A DNA stretch of 64,000 nt from Lepidodermella squamata (Eukaryota > Animalia > Gastrotricha), in NCBI GenBank assembly GCA_047495785.1, contig JBLDXI010000015.1, positions 4,216,001-4,280,000 of the forward strand, read 5' to 3'. The position numbers were made by a program, and so were the translations under genes. Below, piece by piece: positions 38,867 to 50,000 of this stretch. Position 1 is the first letter of the stretch. Each line of letters starts with the position of its first letter. The notes beneath the pieces are model-generated. The model saw only the letters and a list, made by a program, of their open reading frames with translations, was not told the origin of the DNA and made no database searches.

Positions 38867-38935
38867 TCACTTCGGCATTTTTACGTAAAACTCTTTAAAT
38901 AAAAATAGAAGATGCTTTATTAGACTATTTTTCCA

Positions 38936-39526
38936 TCAGTCAACAAAAACAGTATCGTAATTAGCCAAACAAGCAAACTCATTTCTGAGCTCGTTGTGCT
39001 TTGGCCTGAAATTGAGCAGCCGACAGCCGGGTAGGTGATCTGGAACTCGATCACCAATCGCCGCCCCGGTGAGATAAAGTATTTTACCCCTAGATCCGGC
39101 AACAACTTTCACACTCTGCGCCATGTTGCTGAGGCAATCCTCTGACAAAAATGGCGGATCAGCGATGACTATTGAAAAATCAGACGGAAATTTCCCGGCG
39201 TTTTTCATTGCCTGCAACTCCGCGGCATTGAAACAATCATATTTGGTGAATTTTGACCCAGCCATCTCGCCGAACCGTCGGTCAAATTCAAACAGGTAAC
39301 AGTCTGAAGTGCGTTCGCTATACATTTCAGTGAAAGCCGAGTACAAGGAGGGACAGCTCATAAACGCAATCTTTTCTCCGGGTTTTGTCGCGTAATAAAC
39401 CTCTTTAGCTAGCAATGATTTCGTCGAATTTGAATACCAGAATTGGGACAGTTGCCAATTTTCAGAGTCGAAGCCAAGTTGACCCTGGCACGCGACCAAC
39501 GGGAGGTTGGCGCAATATTCTACCAT
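38936..39526 (-). CDS. EEF1AKMT1: EEF1A lysine methyltransferase 1 (N6AMT2)
   Basis: ENWQLSQFWYS, IAFMSCPSLY, LFEFDRRF, IADPPFLSEDC, FRPKHNELRNEF. Confidence 0.93.
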   Translation of the reverse strand: MVEYCANLPLVACQGQLGFDSENWQLSQFWYSNSTKSLLAKEVYYATKPGEKIAFMSCPSLYSAFTEMYSERTSDCYLFEFDRRFGEMAGSKFTKYDCFNAAELQAMKNAGKFPSDFSIVIADPPFLSEDCLSNMAQSVKVVAGSRGKILYLTGAAIGDRVPDHLPGCRLLNFRPKHNELRNEFACLANYDTVFVD

Positions 39527-39926
39527 TATATACCGAAAAACTCTAAAAAACAATCGAATTCATAAAAACGTTTCTTTTATTATTGTTTTTTGGTTTTTCA
39601 CAGTTACCGCCGAAATCGCCGGCACGAAGAACACCACAACCACGACAGCACGAAAAAGAGAGAACTAGAAATTGATTAGAGACAAGAACAGACAATAAAC
39701 GCGGTCGTTTCTTAAACGACTCGTCATTTTTCAGCAAGATAAATTTAGCAGTCTGAGATGGAATTACAATATAATAATATTATTATCGGAAATTCACAGC
39801 GTTAACATCTTCAATGGTTCATTCGGCTTTACACATTTATATCACCCTTGAAACAAACACCTAGTTTTAAATTGCCATTGCATTGCTTGCCTCGGACTGG
39901 TTGTGTAACGGCTTGTAACGAGGCGA

Positions 39927-41662
39927 TTACTTGAACAAGAAGCTGTACGGGTAGCCGCCGTACTTCGACCGGAAAATCGAAATCAGGAAACTGAAGAAGA
40001 CGCAGTACAAGCTGATACCAGCGATCGCCAACACTATTATTCAAAATTGAGATTTTTCATCGGTTATGTTCGTTTGCTCACCTTTCTTCCGGGTAGCGTC
40101 TTTCACGTTGTTAACCTCGTACAGCAAGATCATACCCAATGTGATGAGCATATCTGAAAAATTGAAATAATTAGCCAAAGTCTTCCCGAATTAATGCCAC
40201 TTCTTGCCATAAAAATCCCCGAATACTCGAGATTTTTACGGCGACGAAGTGCAAATGGCTTGAAGCTACCAGATTGTAAAAGTGACGCGGCTCAGGTGAG
40301 AAATATGTGCATTAAATGACAAGATGGAAAAGTGTTATCTCTGTTGATTGAACACATGTGAAACGAGAAAAATGATATTAATTCCCAGTTAATTAAGTTA
40401 ATTTAAAGCACCCGAAAAAGCAGAGATAGATACCGTAAAATTTGAGTAACAGATATAGTTATCACATGAACTAAGTAGGGTAACATATAACAAAGCCTCG
40501 CGTATTTACAAATTGTGGCGATAATGATCGTTTCGGCGACGAATTGCCCGTCCTCATTGGGTAGAATGTACAGCTGAAAGAAAACGGGAAGAAAAATTAT
40601 CGGATGAAGGTGCAAGGTATAAAGAGCCAGACACGTCACTTTTAATCTAATAGTTCAGCCTTAAAATTTATTCGAGAAAAATTACAGTGGAAAAAGATGA
40701 TGTAACTCTCCGCAACAAACTGGAACTGAGTGCTGCCGCTGAAATAGCCCTTTACAATACAATAAAATTGTTATGATTTCCGCCCAAAAATAATTGAAAA
40801 CTATCGCAATAGAATTTGTTGAACGAAGCTCAAGTTTACTTACCATAGCGCCAGTCTGCTGGTTGCGATGCATGAACGGAGGTCCTCGAATTTGATTCCA
40901 CATTTGACCAGAGATCATGCAGAAAATGATGGCCTAACAACGTCACATTTATTGAAAATCCACAATTAACTCTTTGCAACGTACCATTACGGACATTCCC
41001 CAAATCTGCTTACTGTACAAAAATTCCAGGCTGTTACGTTTGACGTAAAGCATCAATCCAACCAAGCCGACAAGCATCATAACAGCGAGGGTTCCTGAAT
41101 AGTTTGGCGGACGGAAGATGCGAACATTCAATTCGGTTCTATCCGACACCCATTTTCCAATATTTTCAGCCTCGAAACCGATGCGCTGAATGTCCATCGT
41201 ATCTTGAGTACGAGGCTTGGCAGTTTTGGGCGGGAAATGGATGAAAACCGGAACTGATTGAAGGCTCATTTGTTGGAAAGCGTCCATGTTATCGTCAAAG
41301 TCAGCAATAGCAAAGAATAACCGACCGGGATTGCTTTGGCTGGACAAATAATGCCACGAATTGGCTACAATTTGGAATTCTTCTGTTGCTTGTTTGCAAA
41401 TCGAACAGCCTCGCTGAGGAGCGTTTGCTGTGAACATAACAACCACCGAATAGTTTTTGTGTTGAGTTTTGACGTAGTTTTTGAAGCGGTCGTTATTTAG
41501 CTTAATCATGGGTCGTGATTGAGACCATTCCGTCATCTGTTCAACTTTTTCGACGTATAGATCGTTCACATCAACGGCAGCAGCAGCAGAACCTCCTCGG
41601 CCAGCAGCCCAAGCAGTACCGCAGGCGATAACGCCAAGCAAGAGTCCAATTATTAACTTCAT
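39927..41662 (-). CDS. TUSC3: Oligosaccharyltransferase OST3/OST6 subunit (TUSC3/MAGT1) with alternative exon 3a/3b
   Basis: Thioredoxin-like [38 protein letters not shown]. Exons 41662-~40984, 40933-40844, [40749-40686 or 40573-40510], 40153-40082, 40033-39927. Confidence 0.93.
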
Positions 41663-41846
41663 TGTTCGTAACCCTATGAAGCAAAATAACGCGATGAATG
41701 GCAATTAAATATTTAGTTTTCGTTCAGGATTATCAAGCACTTCGATGGTCAGGGAAGAGAGGCAGAGATAGTTGACAAAATCATAAATAAAATCATTTCC
41801 TTCATAATCACAGCCAACAAAAATATTCACCCGGGATGTCATCAGA

Positions 41847-42425
41847 TTAAAGAGCACCTAAATAGTCTTCAGCTAGCTTTCGGTAATAATTCAGATCCGG
41901 AGTTATCGCATTTGGATCTTTGGCTTGCTCATCAATATTACGAACAGCGAGAATAGCACTAAGATACAAATGATTGCCAAACTCCATGGCTTCTTCTTCA
42001 CTCATGGGACCGCCTTGTAGTTTCAAAGTTTCAACACTAGCAGGTGTCAACTTGGCCATATATCCCTTGTTAACTGCTACTCTGAAACGCTTTGCGTTCA
42101 CATGATGACGGATTAAGTCGGAGACCGCAGTGGGGAATCCAACTCGTTCCACATAATCAGCACCAAGATTCTCATGATTCACCGATCCCAATATGACACC
42201 ATCGGGCGCAACTAACTCTGGCAAGCCCAATTCGAATCCCAGCAGATGACCAATGTCGTGGAACAGAGCAGCTAAAACAACAGTTGGGTCGTAACCACTC
42301 TTTTCCGCAATAGATGCAGCCTGAAGGCTATGTTGAAGGAATGTAACAGGTTCGCCGATATAAAGGGAATTTCCATGCTTTTCGAACAACGCAAACAACG
42401 CATCGATGGTAGAAGGATAAGTCAT
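41847..42425 (-). CDS. PhnZ/TmpB-like HD-domain diiron oxygenase (phosphonate C-P cleavage), intronless
   Basis: YIGEPVTFLQHSLQAA, AALFHDIGH, NHENLGA, HHVNAKR, ASVETLKLQGGPM and DEQAKDP match the PhnZ motif series. Confidence 0.85.
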   Translation of the reverse strand: MTYPSTIDALFALFEKHGNSLYIGEPVTFLQHSLQAASIAEKSGYDPTVVLAALFHDIGHLLGFELGLPELVAPDGVILGSVNHENLGADYVERVGFPTAVSDLIRHHVNAKRFRVAVNKGYMAKLTPASVETLKLQGGPMSEEEAMEFGNHLYLSAILAVRNIDEQAKDPNAITPDLNYYRKLAEDYLGAL

Positions 42426-42774
42426 TTTGCTACAATCACGATTAAGATAGGTATCAACAACTGAAAAGAAAAGATATATTACTAATAATGATACATCAGT
42501 TAGAAAAGTAAGCACAGACAACATTTAGACATGTTGCTTTTAGCTGTTATAGCTGTTAGCTGTCAAATGGGGGAGGGTGGGAGAAGTTTCAAAGTTTTCG
42601 ATTCAACAACACGAGAGGATACCTGGGAGCCTTGGACTCATAAGTCAAAAATGCTCAACGTACGCCTATCCGATGGACCGCAGTTACTTGAACATACGGG
42701 ATCCGGGAGCCGGCAAACTGCGAGTGCAAGTTGACCGGTCAAAAATAGTCAAACGAAGTCTGCACAGGTGGAAG

Positions 42775-44739
42775 CCTGCCTGCCTGCCTGCCCTCATAAC
42801 TAGGGAACCTCAGGATCCCTAGAAAGCAAATTAGATCATTGGGCAGAGGAAAGCCCTATTGTCAAAGGTAATTTGCCAATCCTCAGACAGTAGTTTGAAT
42901 GGCTGTGCTAACTATTTTCTCCAGACGTTTGAAGAAAATTAAGGTATTTTTTACAATTCTATTGTCAGCACTAAGCAGCCTTGCAGGGTCGTGGCCAGCA
43001 ACAGATAAACAGTCGTAAGAAATATGGTAGGCTAACTGGCTCAGAGGAGTAACGTTACCACAGAACATACATGTAACATCATCAATTCTGAAAATAAAAT
43101 GTTCGATACGGCGAAAGACGGTGTTCGTGACGACTCGCAGAGCAGTATTTCTAAGGTCAGGTGGATAATTTTCGAATATCTTACTAATGCCAAAGTAACC
43201 GTCCCTGGCTAATAGGTAGCTGGCATTATATTTATTATGAAATTTGACAGATAGTTCAGAAACATAGCAGTCTTTGACTAGGTTGAAAAATTGCTCCATG
43301 ACTGCCGGGTCACGCATAAACCAGAAGTCGGGAGGCAGATTGTAGGATAATAGAAATTTACGAGTTGCGTGGATGGGATTTAAGACACCCATCTTCGGAC
43401 GAGAATGGAAGTAAAAAGAAAAAGCATCATTCACTAAGGGGTTGGCACATTTCGTCAGCTCACATGTAAACTTGACTGCATTGAGTTTCGCCTTTAGGCT
43501 AGGGGGAATAAGTCCCATAACAAAACCAGTTGATAAACTAGACGCATTGTACGGAATGTCGCGCGCTCTTTTATAATACTTATAACAGACGCTGTCCAAT
43601 TTAGCAACACGGCTAGGGGCGAAGAGGCCCCAGAGTTCGGAGCCTGCAAGCATCGCCGCTTCAATTTTGCTACAAAATAGTGTATCCAAGTTATTGCGTT
43701 CTATCATACTCAATTTGATCCTATGAGAGGAAAGAGCGTTGTAACAGCTATTGCCACGTGTAAGCGCATTTTCAATAGCTTCAAACCAGCTCAAGTCGCT
43801 GGATATCGGTACGCCTAGGTAGAAATCAGATTTTACAACTTTGAGAGGTACGCCGTTCATATTAAAGGAGTAACGGTCAGGTGAAACAGGAGCTTGGGAA
43901 AAAATGATAACTTTCGTTTTACCGGGGTTAGGGCTGAGCCCTTCTCTAGTAGAATACGTCGACATAGCATCAATCTGTATTTGCAAATCCACCGCGTTAG
44001 TTGCAGTGGGTGTGGAGTCGTCCGCATATAATACGCAAAGTACCTTGGTAGAAAGTAACTTAGGAATGTCTGATAGATTTTTGGCATTCTCAGCCAGATG
44101 AAGAGGCAAATCGGCGGTATACAGATTGTACATTAGGGGACCTAAGACGTCACCCTGTCTAACACCGCGTTCAATGGCGATGTCTGCAATAGACAGTTTG
44201 CTGCCAACTCGCACTTTGGCTTTAGCGTCGGAATAGAGAGAGTTCAATCTCTTGGCAAAGGAAGATGAGATACCTAATCGCTGGCATTTCCATATAAGAC
44301 GGTTGTGAGGAACGCAGTCGAAAGCTTTAGTAAAGTCGATTAAACATATAAAGAGCATTCTACCGCGAACGTGGATTTGGTACGTCGCCAACGACTGAAG
44401 GACGAAAGCCGCGTGTAAGCGCGATAATCCTTTTTCGAAACCAAACTGCTCTTCAGGTATGATCGAGTGAATTCTACACCACTTTTCCAGTCTCAATTTC
44501 AGTATAGTAGAATAAGTTTTGTATATTACGGATAAAAGAGATAATGGCCGGTAGTTGTCCGGCTTAGAGGAGTCACCTTTTTTGAACAAGGTGCAAAACA
44601 GAGACAAATTTAGTCCCGATGGCAGGGTGTAGCTAAGGAAACACGGTTCAAAAATTTTAAAGAGCGTCTTGCTGAAAAAAGAAACATTCAGGTCACTGTG
44701 TTGCATGAATTCAGCTGTAATACCATCCGGGCCGGGCGC
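42775..44739 (-). mobile_element. 5'-truncated non-LTR retrotransposon with an intact RT ORF and a 10-bp TSD
   Basis: APGPDG, YRPLSLLS, QFGF, DFTKAFD, GVRQGDVLGP, YADD and a C-terminal CxxC..H..C. CAGGTGGAAG is duplicated at 42765-42774 and 44740-44749. (GGCA)n tail and a 3' hairpin at 42800-42822. Confidence 0.93.
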
Positions 44740-45340
44740 CAGGTGGAAGGTGGCTATGCGCTCAAATCCCACTATGCGCGCGGTTTGCCGAACATTTGAG
44801 GACCAAAAATATGTTTGTTCTTTTCCTAATTATATTGCTGAAAATTATTTGCAGAATCATTATCAAGACTTTCACAGTATATCTGTTGGGTGACCTTGAG
44901 ACGACCTTGACAGCTCAATTTTCATTTTCTGCGCGATTTTCGTTCCATCAGTCAGCGCGATGTTAGCCGGGATTCCACCTGAGCCTGACTGACAGTAAGG
45001 CACAATGCGCGATGCACTTTCACCACTTCTGTACCGTATCGTTACCTTCTCCATGGAACTTAAAATGTAGAGCTTCGTGAATTCATCGTAGATATCAGGT
45101 TATTCTCGGTTATTCTCTGGCGTAGCAGTCACCGCCAATCTTGAACATTTGAATACGCAGTCGGCAGGTTCATGCTTGTGTTTTATTTCATCTTAGTTTT
45201 ACGACGGGGTCAGCGCCCGAGAGACGCTGATCGATTGTAAACATTCACTTGAGCCAAATACTTTCTCCTTCAACTTGTGAGATCATAATATCCTAAATGA
45301 TTCTTACGCAGATTGCAGGCTTACGCATTATTGATATCAA

Positions 45341-47024
45341 ATGACGTTGCTTCGGCTCGCTAGAGGCTTATGCAATCGATCAGCTGACAGATATCGACCT
45401 GTAATTGGTTTGGAAGTTCATGCCCAAGTGCTATCCAAGTCGAAGCTGTTTTCCCGTGCTGGAACAAGCTTTCTTGCGCCACCCAATTCTCAAGTCTCAT
45501 TTTTTGATTGTGCTCTCCCCGGCACTCTTCCTGTCGTTAATCGTCGTTGTGTGGAAGCTGCGGTACTTACTGGTTTAGCCTTGTCTTGTGAGATCAATAA
45601 GCTTACGACGTAAGGTTTTTCCATGGTGATCATTCGGGTCGATTGACATAAGTTGCTAATTTCACAGCTTTGATCGAAAGCATTACTTTTATTCGGATCT
45701 GCCCAGTGGTTATCAAATCACGCAATATTTCAATCCTATTGCGTTGAATGGAAATGTCCTATTTCAGCACGTTACTTCGAAATCTGCATGTGAGGAAAAG
45801 ATAATTCGGATTAAACAAATTCAACTGGAGCAGGATAGTGGCAAGAGCATGCACGACAAAGAGGAAACTCTTGTTGATCTCAATCGCTGTGGAATGGCCC
45901 TTCTCGAGATTGTTACAGAGCCTGACTTTACATCTGGAGAAGAAGTGACCTCGTTTTTGAGAGAGGTTCAGCACATATTATCATTGATTGGCGTTTGCAG
46001 TGGTCGCTTGGAAGAAGGAGCTCTACGAGTTGATGCCAATGTGTCGATTCAACGCGTGGGCGAGGACTTCAAGGGAGTGCGAACGGAAATTAAGAACTTG
46101 AACAGTTTACGTTCAGTATTCAGATCTATTCAATTTGAAATTCATCGCCAGGTTTGCGCTGTATTTCATTGACGGCTTGTTAATCTTGAACCATCGTCTA
46201 GACAGAGTTATTGAAGGCCGGGAAGACTGTCGTTAATGAAACTCGTTCATTTGATGCTCAAAAAGGCTGCACAGTTTCTATGCGCGATAAAGAGCGTGTC
46301 TTTGATTATCGCTACATGCCAGAACCCAATTTACCACCTTTAAGGCTGTATGATAGCAAAGATTGGCCTGGCCAGCCCGCGTTAAATATCGATGATATTC
46401 GGAAGAAACTCCCTCAAATGATGCCAAATGACATTCGACGAGATTATATCGACCGCCTAGGTTTGCGTCAAGACTTGGCTGTTAGAATTGTTGGTGATTT
46501 GAACTTGTTGGCATTATTCGAAAGATGTCTCGCTCACAGGTAACTAATGTCAGGTATTTAGTTTAATGCTGCAATGAAGTTTCAGAGCTGGGGTGAACGC
46601 AACCAATTTAGCCAACTTTATTTTGATCGAAGCCGTCGGATTCGCGAATTCTCATGAAATCGCCGATATTAAGGCTTTACCAGCAGACAAGATTGCCGAC
46701 ATCGTGTGGCTGCGTTCTGAAGATCGATTGTCAACATATTCGATGAGATTGATACTGGAAGAAGCTTTATTGCGTTCTGATAAAACTTCCATGGAATCTC
46801 TTATCAAGGAAAGAGGCGTTGAGCAAGTGAATGACTCAGCAATAATAGAAGCCGAATGCCATAGAGTCTTCTCAACTATGGCTGATGCTGTCAAAGCCCA
46901 GGAGCGGAAAAAGAACGGCAAGCCTTTGCCTCTATTGATGGGCCAGTTAATGAAGGAAAGCAAAGGAAAAATCAATCCCAAGCAGGCTGATAAATTTTTC
47001 AAGCAATTGCTAGGGGTCTCTTAA
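45341..47024 (+). CDS. GATB: Mitochondrial glutamyl-tRNA(Gln) amidotransferase subunit B, 4 exons
   Basis: [58 protein letters not shown]. Arg/Leu-rich transit-like N-terminus. Confidence 0.95.
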
Positions 47025-47099
47025 TTATTACAAAGCATATTGTTTGTTAATTTACTCCATATCTTACCAATAGGTTTATAAAAAATGAAGTATTGATTA

Positions 47100-50000
47100 A
47101 TGGACGAATCCTGGCTGGTTGATACTTTCGCAATCATCGGATATGACGTAGTTTCGTTAGCAAAATCCTTAGCTGGGAATTTCGTGATTGACCGGCAATT
47201 AAATGAACGCCCAAGGATTTTATTTCGTTACCCCACTCTACCGATCGCAGAAGATGACTCGTCTGGACAAGTTGACCATGTCTCTAATATTATTGATTTC
47301 TGCCAGCCGATGGGCTGGTCCGTGTTTAAAACGCCAAGAACTCCTCAGTTTCACATGGTAGTTCTAACAGACACGCCTGGATGTCGCCTTTATGCTGCTG
47401 TTTTCAATTTGTTCGAAGCTGTTGCAATACCAAGAGATTCCGTCGACGACTACTCGCATAGCGAAGATCATGTCGCTTCTCAAGTTATCAACGAAGGCGA
47501 AGAAGTGACCGGAGACGCGGTATCTGTCAAAAGCTGGGTATCTGCCGGTCATGTGCAAAGCACTCCGGGCAAACGAACAGGAAACACGCTGTTAGGCCCA
47601 GTCGACGCTGTAATACGCCGTGATAGCAAATCAAGCTTACGATCTGCTGTATCAGCTATCAATCAAGAAATTCGGCCTGCTCCAATTGCTGAACCTACCT
47701 ACGTCTACGTACCAAAATCGCTTATCATAATATCAAAATACAACTACCCGGAGGTTTTCAAATCGTGTCTCAGTGAGTTTATTCTTGAACATGCCGAATT
47801 GAAGTTTTAATTTTCAATTTGTAGATGTTGTCTATCGTGTTCATCTGGAACAAATCAGCCGATTCCCAATCGAGACTGCTATTGCAAATTTGGTGGCTTC
47901 GGTGATCGTACCTCCACCGGGCTATCCTCCGGTTTCGTTTAGCCTTGGCGTCGGGCCTCGCTTGACGATTCGACAGCCTGTTTACAAAACAGTTCCCGTG
48001 ACTGGCTCAACTGTTTACCAGCTTTTTCATTACCTTGGGGTCCACAATACTCTGACTGCTATTTGCTGTTTGCTGAATGAATTTAAAGTTGTTGTCTACT
48101 CTGCCTCCCTTAACCATTTGACTCAATGCTGTCACGCGCTGGTATCTCTGCTGTACCCGCTGCCTTACTATCATGTTTATATTCCCGTTCTTCCGGAATC
48201 AATCATTGCTATGCTATCAGCTCCGACGCCGTTTCTTATCGGAATTCACTCGCTGCTAAAACATGAAGCGCTTTCTCAGCCTGACGTTGTTGTCATCGAC
48301 CTGGACGCTGGTAGCGTCCGTCTTCCCGAGTCCACTCGCCTGCTCCAGCTTCCCAATAGCTACCTTAACCGTGTAACGAATGATTTGATGCGGGTGCTAA
48401 ACCCTGAATTATTTGTTGCTGATAACGCGTTTTCATCTCCAACGACTCTGTTCTCGTCGCCATCCAACCCGGGCGATTCGTCATCGTCAGCCGTACTTTC
48501 ATCAGCAAACGCGTGTTTGACGGATAAAATGTTGCGGGCTTGCTTCTTGCGCCTCTTCGCATCACTTTTTGCCGGCTACCGCCACTCGTTGTCCGCGATT
48601 CGCATTTGCCCGGAGCCGCGTATTGTTTTTGACAAGGCCCACTTTTTAGGGCAACGCGGTGAGGCGTTCACGCCTTCAGAATGTTTACTCTGCTCTCTGT
48701 TGACGTCTTTCTTTCCTCAGTTCCTCCAGGTAACCTAGACATACAGCCTTCAGTGCAGTTGCTATTTGCTAATGTGTTTGCGTAATTACAGGAAAGAATG
48801 CTTCCGCACCGGCCAATCGACATTTACGACGAGCTTTGTGCCTCCATCACGTCGCTGCTTGCCGAGGAGGATGCAAACCCAGACCGCATTGTCGAAAATA
48901 TCCGGCTTGTTGCTCACCAATTGTTGCAGAATGAACAGATTCCAACGACAGGAATAAGTAAGGAAATTAAAACGCACTTGTCAAGTACATTAAGTTAGAT
49001 GATTTCTCAAAATTTGAAGGCAATATTTAATTTTTTATTTAAAAATGGAAAATGAAATAATTGAAAATTTCGAGAGAAAATGTTTTATAAAGAGAAAGTT
49101 ACTTGGAACAGCAGGGAATTCCGTAACGAATTTTGAATTTATCTTTGCAGCTCTTGGATCTACGCCCTCCACGAGTGAATTGGATAATTTTGCATCGCTT
49201 TTGGCAAATACTCCCAAACCATACCCTATTATGCAAGTCCCTGATGCAACCCAAGTTGATAGAATGGTAATTGATGCCCGCACCAAGCTGATTCTTGCGA
49301 ATTCCAGTGCTCTTAAACCTGTCGAGCCGACTGTTTCTTTGAAGAAGCGAAAAGTCATAATGGGAAATGCAGTTACTATCGACTCGTCTATGCCACATTC
49401 TTTCCAACGCCGTCTTGAAGTTGTAAAATCTTGCGTAGGCCACGTTTTCGGCAACCGAATAGCCGAAGCTCGCCGCCTCTTGCCAGCCACAATGCGGGCG
49501 TTGAAACTTGTCGAAGTTCGGCGAAGATTGCCAGCCGAGCTATCCCGCTATGCTTTCAGCGACGGCGAATTGCAGCAGACTGTTATTGCGCCGGTTTTGA
49601 ACAACCACCAGTTCGATTTGGTGGTTCAACTTGTCACTTTCGCTCTTAGCCTCGAGTCACATTGGGATGAAAATGGAATAGCCGCCGCGATCTTACCCTT
49701 ATCCACGATTTTCTACCGCTACTTGGGTGATTCTAGGCATCAACAGTTTTTGTATACCGCGATTCAGGAGCACCCTCTTTGGTTGAATCAAAGCTTTTGG
49801 ACTTCGGTGATTTACCGTCATATCGCGGCAGCTGTTGCCGCAGTTCATAATTCATCGAAATCCGCTAACACAGCACCAAATATCACTTTGGAACCGCCTC
49901 TGTCACTTGAAATGTGTGGTAAATACCTGGAACAGCAATTTACACATCACGAATCCGGACAAAATGGAGTTGAGGAAAAAGCTGAGACATTGTCTCGCGA

